Source of the DNA: Azolla caroliniana
Lineage: Eukaryota; Plantae; Polypodiophyta
Direction of reading: 5' to 3'
DNA: 64,000 nt
NCBI GenBank assembly: GCA_043228905.1
Contig: JBHGNT010000010.1
Coordinates: 9,114,001-9,178,000 of the forward strand
The position numbers and the translations under genes were made by a program. Below the pieces are notes generated by a model. It saw nothing but the letters and a program-made list of their open reading frames with translations. It was not told where the DNA came from and did not search any database. Position 1 is the first letter of the stretch; each line of letters opens with the position of its first letter. Below, piece after piece: positions 38,281-50,074 of this stretch.

Positions 38281-38679
38281 TCAAATTAGAGAGGCCATTG
38301 GCTCATTGCTCAAATGTACAAAGGATAACTAGAGCATGATTAAAGAAGGTAGTAGTCAACATTATATGTATTATACCAATAGTTGTGGCAAATTTTCTGA
38401 ATATGTAAAATCTATCTAATTTTGATAGATTGGTACCATTATTTTTTTATTAAAAATTTACTACTTCCATTAGTTAAGTCAATGTACATAGGATAAAATA
38501 CAAGAACTCATATCTTACAGGCCAACTTGCATGGCTACAAAGAGGCCACATGTACAAAGGAATCAACAAAAAAATAAGCTAATAATCACCATTGTTAGGA
38601 ATAGTACTTAGACCAAGAGGGGATTAGTACTAAAAGATGAGGATTAGTACTAAGAGGGGTGTAGAACTCTCGGGGGAGA

Positions 38680-41600
38680 GATAGATAGATAGATAGATTA
38701 TATTATCATCTTCGGAGGTCAAATATGACCTATGAGACCAAATATATTACATTTCACATGATACGTGTGAAAGTGAGTAGTGACTCTCGATGTTCAAGAA
38801 CTTTACCAATGAATGTTGCAATCGAGAGTGCACATTGTGGTTGTGAGAGGAATTCATGCAAAGATTGGGCTCGATCGAAGAGATATGGAAAGCATGGTCG
38901 AATATGATCAAAGGCAGAGCATTGTATCAAAGTGTGATACTCAGACTCGCGAATTTGTTTAGGGCAAAGTGTGCATAGCCGACCACTCTCATCACTTGTA
39001 CCCCAACGCCCTGTTTCACATCGCAATGCATGTGAGCTAAGTCGCATGGAAGCAATGGTTCGAATGGAAGATAACGGTATGGGCTCTAACCATGTCATGA
39101 TACATTGGTGTTGCAAAAATGGCTCATTTACAGAGGAATCTAATGATGCATCATGAAGCAAGTGTCTTGCATCCCATCTACCAAACCATTTTTCTATATC
39201 TTGCATCCAACCGGAACACAAAATTTTGCTTTTATGTGTCTTTTGGATCTTTTTGCTTGCTTCCCACGCAATTCTAGGAAGTCGATGTGAGGGACTTTTT
39301 TGAACCTTAAGCATGTATTCAACAAGCCTTTCCATGGCCATGATCTCAATGGGAAGTGATCCCGTCTCAAGGAGGAGGAGGGTGTAGGGCGTTTGTTTCT
39401 TAACTTGTAGAAACTTGGTAAGAAAATGCTTTTGGACATTTTCAAACTCTTTCCACATAGATTTAGGGATGCTACCGCCCCATAGAGAAGAACCGGTGTC
39501 ACCAAAGTGTCGAAAAGATATTTCTTGAGGACCCAACACTTAATATCTCCAAGATTGCATGTGTTCTCAAATGCATAGTATGCTCATTTGCCCGCCTCTA
39601 AGCGGCGTGTAGCACATTCATTCCATCTATGATTTGAAGGAACTTCAAGGCCAAGATATTTGAAGCTTTCCACACATTCAAGTGGCTGATTTTTGTACAT
39701 AATGCATGGTTTATCTCTTTTTTGGCTCTTCACAAGCATAATCTTTGTTTTAGAGCTATTGACACTTAATTTAGTATGCATGCAAATTTTTTCCAATGCC
39801 TTCATAAGCTTTTGTGCATCTCCTAAAGTATTTGCAAAAAGCACTACATCATCTGCATAGCAAAAGCATAATCACAACATTCCCAATGGCAACTTCTTCA
39901 ACACATTCTTCCTTTGCAAACTTGGTAACCATTTCTTCCAATTCATCAATGCATAGACCAAATAGTGTTGGTGAGAGTGGGCATCCTTGCTTAACACCAA
40001 TAGTGCTTTTGAAAAAATCTGAAAGTTTATCTCTCATGCGCACACAACATATAACCTTCTCATAAATTCGGGAAATTGCAAGCATATATTCACTTGGCAC
40101 CTCAAGTTCTTCCATTCGCCTCCAAAGATGCTCACGAGGTACCATATCAAAAGCTTTCTTGAAGTCTACAAAGCAACAATATAAACCTTTACCTCTAAGC
40201 GACTTTCCTCCATTAATACTCGAAGGGTGATAAGGTGATCAATGGTGCTATGGTATTTCCGAAAGCCAGCTTGTCCATAAGCTCTCTTACCACTTTTTTT
40301 AGCCCATACACTTATCTTTGATTCCATTATACATCCAAATAGTTTTGCCATTAATGAGCCAACCATGATGGTTCGATAGTTGTTTACATTATTTATATCT
40401 CCACCTTTATGTAAATGTTTGAACCAATTTGTAGTCCAATCGTACGGCATACCATGTTGCAATGCATCATTAAACATATCGCTTATGCATATATGTGCTT
40501 CCTTTCCCGTCCATTTGAGCATTTCAGCCTTTATACATTGAAGATCGCTTGCCTTTCTAGTGGCCAATTTCTTAAGTCCTATGCATATATCTTCAATTGT
40601 AAAGAAGGGAGGCATATGTGAAAGAGAACCATAACACATTATCTTTCCGGCAAGAGATAACTCATATAAATTCTTACAATGCATAGACAAGTCGTGAAGA
40701 GTTAAATCACCATAACTCTCAACACGTTTTCCCTTTAGATTTCCCCAAAATTTAGCACATGCATGTGCTTTCTCTTGCATTTGGATAAATTGTTGAGTAA
40801 CTTCCCATATTCTTCTCTTTCTTTGAATAAGCCTTTTATACTCATGCAAATGCTTTTGGTAATTCTCTTTATCCTTAACTACATCCAAAACCATAAGGCA
40901 CTTTCGAGCTTCACGACATTCTTTATCAAACCATTTTTTCCTAAGTTTCTTGGTGCATTTCCAAGATGTGCGGTTGGTCGTAAAACATTTGTTTGTACAT
41001 GAGAGAATGACTTTCTTGAAAGCTTCCCATTTGCATTCTAGTGTGGCACCATGTTGTATCTTTGTCATTTGTAACATATCCTCAACCATCTTGGAGTACA
41101 TGGGTGCTCGCTTAAAGTTCATGCTCAAGTGTGGTTATTTATTATCTTCAATAGCTTTCTCACAATCAAACCTATGCATACATTTGAGATCAATACATAA
41201 AGGCCTATGATCGGATTCCGGTGTCCATTCACCAAGTGAGAATTTATGTATACGATCCAAAATACCTTCGGAAAGTAGCACATAGTCAATCACACTATTT
41301 CCGTTGTGTTTTCTACATGTAAAACCATTAGTGTTGGGCCATAAGGAAATACCATTTGCAATAAGCAATCCGGTACTATTGCACATTTGTAGGAGTAACT
41401 TCCCAAATTGGTTCGGATCTTTTTCATCGCTAGAAGAGCGGTTATACATTTGCATATCCTCTTGCATCCTTGAGATATGTGGCATGAAAGATTCTTGTGA
41501 ATCAAGTTGGAAACTTCTTGTACGAGCATTCATGTCACCAAAGACAATAACTTCCCCTTTGGATTTGAAATAAGCAATATCATCTTCTAGATTGGCAAAC

Positions 41601-42029
41601 GGTTGAACTTTATCCAAACAAGCATAAAAGTTAGAATCTTGATGAGGAATGTAACATCCAACTACAAAAGTGGGCAAATCATTAGGTGTTTCTATTTTGA
41701 GCCATATGTAGCATTTATTTTCATCATTTTTTATGATTGACACATATTTCTCTATTTCCTTCTTAATCAAACATGCCACCCCTCCTTGTCCTCTTCTTTG
41801 TCTTGGATTTTTCTTCCATATCAAAGAGTGTACATTATAGTTTCCTAAACCTTGAATCCTTTGAGTATCATGCTCCCATGTTTCAACAAGAAGTGTGATA
41901 TCCGAGTCATCGGTGAACTCCTCTATGCCAAATCCCGTATTCCATGGGTATCCATTGCAATTCCAAAAGCATAGTCGTAAAAGGCGCGGGTTAGTCTCAT
42001 AGATCACGTGTCCCTATTTGTCTACATTT

Positions 42030-42030
<1 letters not shown>
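38680..42030 (-). mobile_element. RTE-clade LINE with APE endonuclease, RT and C-terminal zinc finger (frameshifted); (ATCT)n tail
   Basis: FWNCNG, LLVETW, GDMNAR, IDYVL, SDHRP; QAGFRK; QGCPLSP; YLG; CTLC..EYH..C; (GATA)n at about 38680-38698. Confidence 0.9.
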
Positions 42031-42082
<52 letters not shown>

Positions 42083-42107
42083 TGATAACAAAAGATATAT
42101 ATTATAT

Positions 42108-42376
42108 TGTCGTGTCCCTTGGATGCAAGTGCATGCCTTCATGTTGGGTGTGCATGTGTTCCTTTGTGCCCCTTTTAGCATACCCTTGTTTATCATGCAT
42201 GCCTTCATGCTATGGTGCACATGTGTTCCGTTGAGCCACCCTTTTAGCATACCCTTGTTAGGACGCATGTAGCTATGTAAAGCCAACCCAAATGGGTACC
42301 TTTGTACGACTATAAATTGAATAGGAAGTAAGAAGCTAAACAAGTTGGTTTGGATTCCATTTATGTGCATTTCACA
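42108..42376. mobile_element. Solo LTR (269 bp) with 4-bp TSD ATAT and an internal tandem duplication of about 67 bp
   Basis: TGTCGTG...TTTCACA; removing it restores the A-like LTR sequence ATTATATGAAGAGAAT. Confidence 0.75.
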
Positions 42377-42604
42377 ATATGAAGAGAATATACAAGAATA
42401 GGTAGGAGGCTTAAAACTGGCGTTGAACCGATTTGGTTCTCAATAATGCCATGTGCCTCTTTTTATAGTGTCTTAGGAATACTCTAGAAATGTGGCTTAG
42501 GAATACTCTTGACATTTCTAGGATGTTCCAAAGAAATCTAGAATATACATGGATTTTCTAAGTGAAATAATAAATGGAAATAATATTTTTTATATTACAA
42601 TGTT

Positions 42605-42658
42605 TAGTTTAATGGTAAGGTTTCAACCCATGTGACACAAGGTCATGGGTTCAACTCC
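42605..42658 (+). promoter_or_regulatory. tRNA-like A-box/B-box cassette in the LTR of chromovirus I
   Basis: TAGTTTAATGG, 32 nt, GGTTCAACTCC. Confidence 0.65.
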
Positions 42659-45600
42659 TTTTGAAGCCATACCATGCTATATCATGACACTACCCCCCCT
42701 TAAGATGACGAGTGTTACGAGGCATCTTAGATGGAGGACCCGGCTTGTCAGGATATTGCCAATGAAAGTCCTCAACAAGAGCTCGAGCATTTACCACATT
42801 CTCAAGTGGTTCCCAAGTACGCTCGCTTGGACCATAACATAGCTAATCGACCAAATAGTAGAGCTTGTTGTGAACAATCTTGGAATCGAGGATGGCAGCT
42901 ACATCGCACTTCGGTCCTGCTTCAAGCTCGATCGGGGGTGGAGGTGGTGTAATACGATTCGGAATAGTGTTGTCTTGATACGGTTCGAGAAGAGAACTAT
43001 GAAAAAATGGATGTATCTGTGGTTGCGGAGGTAGATCGAGACGAAAAGCGAAATCATTAATTTTTCCGATAATACGGAAAGGACCTAATCGTCGATAGTC
43101 CAATTTATCACATGGGCGAGTAGTCTTTATGTGTCGTTGTAATAGCCATACCCGATCTCCAATGTTAAAACTGAATGGAAGCCGATGACGATCCTCATAA
43201 TCCTTCTATGTTTATTGAGTTTGTTGTAAATGAGTAGATAAGTCTGCCTGTATCTTGTGTAACCGCTCTAAACGGTCCTCTACACAAGGATTTGTAGGTA
43301 ACTCCGGAGTTTCGAATACACACCACTGAGGATGGTGTAACCCTAGTCGATGAGTGGATAGAGTTATTATACGCAAAATCGCCAAAGTAGAGAATATCCA
43401 CCAAGGTAGAAAATGCGACATCTTCGTATATTGATTTACTACTATTAAGATCGCATCGAATCCCTTTGAAACTGGAAGATCTGTGATGCAATCTAGAGAA
43501 ATGGATTGTCATGGCTTGCTTGGAATTGGTAATGGTTCCAATAAACCATATGGATGATGTCTTGGCATCTTTGCTCTGCAACATGTATCACATGTCCGAA
43601 CATAGTCTTCGACAAATCGTCGCATATGAGGCCACTAGAATGATCGTTGTACTAAATCCAACGTTTTAGTACTACCTAAATGCCCTGTTGTGTGTGTATC
43701 ATGACAATTTTGGACTACTCGAAGGCGACAAGAACCATTAGGAACATACAAGAGTTTCTTAACGAATAGTAATCCATCATGACATTCAAATTGTCCATAA
43801 TCCGTACCTGGTTGTTGCGACTGTGAACAAGATGCCTGAGAGGGATCAATTTGTGCTAGAATGACTTGAGCAATAGAGTCCGTTGTGAAGTCTTCACGTA
43901 TGGTATCGATAATGTGGGAATCCAATGGCGTATTGAAAACCCACATTGCTTGCAGTCATGCCAGTCCCATGATTACTCGCTTTTGATTATCGAATGTTGG
44001 CTCACCGGGACGCGGTGCTAGATATGAGCGTCGTGATAATGCATCTGCCTTCCCTTGCTGCTTCCCAAGATGATATGTATTTTTGAAGTTGAAACGAGTG
44101 AGGAATTGGGCCCACCAAGCTTGACGTCGATTTAATACACGAGCATTCTAGAAGTAGGCAAGATTTTTGTGATCACTGAATATGGTGACTTGATGAGAAG
44201 ATCCCTCTAAAAAATGCTTCCATTGTAGAAAAGGGTCCACTATTGCCAATAGCTCCTTGTCATGTATTTCATAGTTGATTTCGATGGCGTCAAACTTGCG
44301 TGAGTGGAAAGTCACAGGATGTAGCTTTTCATCATCGCCTTGTTTTGACAAAATGCTACCCAGGGCGAAATCTGACGCATCTGCCTCAATGATGAATGGT
44401 TTTTTCGGATCTACATGAGCTAGAATAGGAGCTGATGTAAATGCTTTCTTAGGACACACAAAATCTGTGTTTTCTTCTTTAGACCAAACAAATGACTGCC
44501 CCTTCTTGGTAAGCTATGTGAGAGGCAGAATAAGCTTTGAGTAATCCTGTATAAACTTGCGGTAGAAATTGGTGAAGCCTAAAAATCATTGCACATCTCG
44601 CAACAAACGTGGAGTCTGCCATTCTACCACCGTTTTGATCTTAGTTGAATCCATAGAGATGGCTTCTGAGGAAATGACATAGCCTAGAAATTCCACCTAG
44701 TTGCACTCGAAATTACATTTTTCTAGTTTGCATAAAGACCATGTTCTCGAAGTTGTTTTAGTACTAATAATACATGAGAATGATGTTCTTCTTAAGTCTT
44801 CGAATAAACCAGTAGATCATCCAAATAGATGATCAAACAAATATCCAAGAGATCACGGAATATATCATTTGCCATGTGTTGGAAGAGTGTTGGCGCATTA
44901 GTGAGACCGAATGGCATAACTGTATACTCGAAGTGCCCATATCTGGTGCGAAACATGGTCTTTCATTCATCTCCTGGTCGGATCCGTACGAGGTTATATG
45001 CTCCTCGTAAGTCGATTTTTGTGAGGAACTTTGCACCATTGATCCGTTCTAAAAGACTCGAGATAAGGGGAAGTGCATACCTATTCCTATCCTAATAAAG
45101 GCATTAAGTTAATAGCTCTTAATGATTTGATATTGCACTTAATCAGTTGATCAAAACGACAAAGAAGAAAAGCAATGAAATCACAAAGAGGGTGTTATCA
45201 ACATAATACACCTTATTCCTCTATTTCTAACCGATATCAAGGTTTTATACAAAGTTTAGGGCTCAAGTTAGGTGGCATACAAATTAAGAATTAAAATTCT
45301 CTTAGTTTCAATGTTACACTTCATTTACAAAAGGTTTAAATTTATATTATAGCCCTACCATTTGTCCTAGGTTCTTAAAGGTTTCAAGGCCTTTTCTTCC
45401 TTTCCCTTTGTGTCTTTGCCCATGAATTTAGCTTGGGGGGATGCGTGTAGTATGTACATCACAACTTTAACAACAGCCCATTCCAACTTGGTGGGTTGAG
45501 TTTTTTTAAGGACCAGTTTGGAATTTCGGAAGCGGTAAAAATTACAATAAGGCATTGAAAAGTATCGTTGGTATTTTTTGTATATGTGTATGGACAGGCC

Positions 45601-45876
45601 TAGCGATATTGAAGGACAAAGAATGATTTTTATATGTGGCATTACTAAATGCAAGAAATATCAATGTTATAATGTCAAAATTTTAATCATTAATATTGTG
45701 AAATGCTCTCAAGAATAGCTCCCTTTCCATTATGTTCCAAGTTACATTTTATAGACTACTCTTAGCGTGGAGGGTGTTCTCCCGCTTCAATTAGCTCTTC
45801 TAATTATGGGGGCTTGGTAGGGGCCTAATTTGGGTGTGGTCCATGTGACCGCCACAATTCCCCCTTGTAAAACAAG

Positions 45877-48800
45877 TTATTGTGCAGTCGGATCACGACG
45901 GGGCGTGGACGACGGTTCTAGGTGGGGGGATGACACGGGCGTGGGCGTGGGCGTGGGCGTGGGCGTGGGCGTGGGCGGGGGCGATGGTAGTTGATGGAAG
46001 GGCTTCATGCGAGACTGGTGGGCAAAGGTAGAGCGGTTGTTGGAGGCGCGGCGGAGCAGATATGTAGTGTTGCGTATTTGCTTTTGAACTTCGAAGGGAC
46101 CGATCCATCGGTGCATGAGCGACTCGCTGAGGCCGCGGCGACAGATGGGGAAATAGACGAGGACTTTGTCGTCGACATGGTATTGATGGTCGGTGCGGCC
46201 TGCATCGTGTTGTCGTTTTTGGCGTAGCTGTGCTTGGTGCAGGTTGCTCGTGATGGCTTTGCGGAGGAGGGGCTGGAGTTGTCGCAGGTGGGACCACCAG
46301 GACACTGCGTCAAAGTGGAGTCGTGTGATTGGTTGTGGGATTACCACTTCTGGGGGTAAGCACGGGTCCCTTCCGTAAAGGGCCCGAAATGGGCTAATGC
46401 GAGTGGAGGCTTGCATAGTTGTGTTGTAGGCATGCGTAACGAAGGGCAAGATCCGGTCCCAGATCGAGTGTAGCGGATCGATGTAGGCCGAGATTTGTTG
46501 TTTTAAGGTTCGATTGAGGTGCTTCGTCAATCCATTAGTCTGCGGATGGTAGGGTGATGTGAATAATTGTTGGATTCCTAATTGTGTAGAAACTAGGTGT
46601 AGGAGCTCGCTGTTGAACTGGGGTCCTCGTTCGGACAAGATTTGGAGTGGGCAACCGTGGGGGAAGATGATTTTCTCCAATAGTTTGGAGGCGATGGTCA
46701 TAGCCTTGGCATCTGGGATAGCGGCCGTCTCAGCCCAACACGTCAAGTACTCGGTTATGACTAGGATGAATTTGTTCCCTTCTTGTGACTCAGGAAAGGG
46801 GCCCATAATGTCCCATATGACGATTTCAAATGGAGCTTGAACTTGTATTGGATGTAAGAGGCCTTGAGGTGATTTGATGGCCTGACATAAGTTGCATGCT
46901 TTGATGTAGGAGGTGACCTCGTGGCGTAGCCCCGGCCAATAGAATTTGCAACAGAGTTTGTCTAGCACCTTATGAAAACCCAAGTGGCCGGACAACGGGT
47001 GATCGTGGAAGAAACGAAGGTAAGACAGGCGCAGTTGCTCTGGCAAAAATGCGGGACATTATCCTAGATCATGAATTGCTTGGTGAGGGATGATGTGGGC
47101 TCGGCTCGTAGGTGATGGTAGATGTCTTGGATTTTTTTGTCGTGTTGTTGCATGTTGGCCATTTGGGACGAGGATATGGGGAAATCGATTGTGTCAAAGG
47201 CGATCTGGTTCGCCTGAAAGGATATGCAGGATAATCCATCGACGACAATGTTCTGGGGACCACGGCGATAGGGTAGAGTGAATGTGTAATCCTGTAGCGC
47301 CAAAGCCCAACGGAGTAAGTGACCGGGTGGATGAGCCTTCTTTATGAGGGAGAGCAATGGCTGATGGTCGGTTTCGACTGGTGTATTTGATCCGTGTAGG
47401 TATGGGTGGAAACGATGAAATGCCCAGACGATGGAGAGCAACTCTTTTTCGGTTGTCGAGTAATTTTGTTCAGCTTTGGTAAGTGACCGACTTATGTAGG
47501 CAATCGGACGGAGTTGGTCGTTGTCGTCGGATTGGAGCAGGACCGCACCAAGGCCGACATTGGAGGCATCCGTCTGCAGATGGAAAGGCTTTGTGAAATC
47601 AAGGTGGGCCAGGAGGTCAGAGGCTTGGAGTGTTCGCCTAAGCTACAGGAAGCTGGATTCGCAGGCTTTGGTCCATAGGAAGGGTGCGTCTTTTTGTAGG
47701 AGCGCGCGTAGTGGGGCGGACAGGTCTGTTAGCCGTGGGATGAAGCGGACAGAGAACGTGAGGAGGCCGAGGAAGCGTTGAAGCGGCTTGACTGTGGTGG
47801 GGCGTGGGAATTTTTGGACTGCTTCCATCTTCTTTAGGTCCATCTATACTCCGTCGGAGGAGATGATGTACCTGAGGAAGCGGAGGCGCGTACTACCCCA
47901 TCGACACTTCTTCCATTGCAGTTGCAATCGATAGCGTTGAACACAAGTGAGGAACTCCCAAAGGACTTGAAGGTGTTCCGCCCAAGTGCTCGTATGTATC
48001 AGAATATCGTCTAGATCGACGATGACGACGCGGCGGGTGATGAGATCATCGAAGATGGCGTTAGCCATTCACTGGAATGTGCTCCCAACATCCGATAGGT
48101 CGAAGGGCATCCGTGTGAACTGAAAAATGCCTTTCCTAGTGCGGAATGCAGTTTTGTGGGCATCTTTAGGATTCATAGGGATCTGCCAATATCCTGAGGC
48201 CAGATTGAGGGAAGTGAAGTACTTTGATTTGCCGAGCTGGTCGAGGAGGTCGTCATTACGAGGGAGAGGATATCAGCCATGGGTGGTGACATGGTTTAGT
48301 TGTCGGAAGTCGACACAAAAACGATAAGAGCCATCCCCTTTCTTTACCATGTGTGGCTTCAAGATCCACTTGCTCTTGGAAGGTGTGATAATCCCTTGTT
48401 GTAGCATAGTTTTGATGGCGTTGTCGATGCGCTCGTGGTCGAGAGGCGAGTGACGTTGGGCAGCTGTGTTGATGGGGCGGGTGTTTCCTGTAGGAATCGT
48501 GTGGTGGATCGGAAAACGAACCGAGGGAGGTTTTGCAGGTGGTGTAGACAGCGAGGAAAAGGTGGCTAGGAGCCGTCAGATGTCGTGGATGCGCTCTGTC
48601 AGTGATACCAAGTACTGTGTGTTGCTGATGTGGGTGGTATCTCGCGGAGTAGGTAAGAGCGCGATCGGAAGGTGATTGGGGAGGATGAGCTGTTGTGAGG
48701 AGAAATCGAGACAGGCTCGACTATGGAGGAACCAATCACAACCCAGGGTGATTGGGAACAACTAGTGCGGGAGGACGTAGAAACAATGTTGGATCTGGGC

Positions 48801-49200
48801 GGAATTGATGGTGAGCATGCACATGACTTGCGTATGTGAGTGGTACAACCATTGTTGGTCGTGGAAGAGGATTTTAATGGGCGGTGTGTGGCTCGTGGGA
48901 AGTCGTAATTGGGTGACTACATCTGCGTTGATGGAAGAGATGTTGCTGCTGGAGTCGAAGAGAACTTCTTGGGTCGTGTGCTGGAGGCGGGCAATTGTGG
49001 TACAAACGGGCGAAGTTGATGACGTGGAGGCGTGGACATACAGGGTCGGCTCGATCGTGGTATAAACGGGAGAAGTTGATGACGTGGAGGCGTGGACGTG
49101 CGGGGGCGGCTCGATCGTGGGAGAAACGGGAGAAGTTGATGACGAAGAGGCGTGGACGTGCGGGGGCGGCTCTCCCTACGGAACCCCGCGCATTAGTTTT
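45877..49200 (-). pseudogene. pol: Pol of Gypsy J (PR-RT-RH-IN), frameshifted
   Basis: LFDSSSN protease remnant, RFCVDFR, RT, RNase H, H..H..C..C, WDIMGP, HPQTNG, WIGPF. Confidence 0.88.
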
Positions 49201-50074
49201 CCGGGAGCTCAGAGAGGGAGGCAACGTCGGCTAATTGGACGTTCTGCTTCTGTTGGTGATTTTGCCATTTTCGGCAGTGACGCCGAATGTGGCCATAGTT
49301 GTAGTAGAAACATTTGGGGCGTCCCTGGCTGTCTCGTTCGGGCAATGCACGCTTGGCGCGTAATTGCGCATTCTGGACGTCAATGTCCATGGGAGTGGCA
49401 GCTGGCATAGTGTTTGTATGATCGTGACTGAGATTACCTGGTGTGTGCATGTCATGCGTGTCTGCAGCTTCGATGTGTTGGGCGGTGAGGATGGCTTCGT
49501 GTAGTGTTGTCGGGCCTTGATCGCGTACATGGTGGCGGAGGTCAGGGCGGATACGCGGCCAGAAGAAAAACAACTTTATGTCTTCCGACATGTTGGCGTC
49601 AGCCCGGCGAAGGATCTGCACAAACCGAACCACGAATTGGGCGATGGGTTCGCGTGGCTGTTTGGCAATTGACTTGAGTTGTTGTAGGGCCGTCATGGTT
49701 GCCCGTAACAGATTCCAATCGTTGCGTGTCTCTTCGGGTTGTTGTACGAGCCATGTGGTTGCGATATTCTCGAGGAGTGTCTTCATTTCCAGTGCCTTCT
49801 GGGGGTGTGGCCACTGGTGGTAACTAGCCACCATTTCGAAATGATCCAACCAAGAGAGGACGTCTTCCGATGGTAGGCCAGAGAATGGTTTTGGGCGAAC
49901 TTGAGGGTCTGGGAGATTTTGTTGTGGCTCGAATCGTGCTGAAAGAAATGACAACATGGCTTGGTTAGTATGGTTAACTTGTAAAATAATGTTGGACAAG
50001 GCTTGAACCAGTTGGTCGATTGGCGATGTGGGCTGATGGTCTTGAATTTGTTGTTGTAGGAATTCCGGATTCAT
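49193..50074 (-). pseudogene. gag: Gag of Gypsy J
   Basis: PKPFSG..EDVLSWLDHFE, TPMDID, degenerate knuckle CFYYNYGHIRRHC. Confidence 0.8.

Larger units (their letters stand above)
38593..45090 (-). mobile_element. 5'-truncated, decayed chromovirus 'I' (A-related); 3' LTR 38593-42689 interrupted by a LINE and a solo LTR
   Basis: LTR motifs shared with A; PPT at 42690-42701; RT-RH-IN-chromodomain remnants 42700-45090 closely similar to A. Confidence 0.88.
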
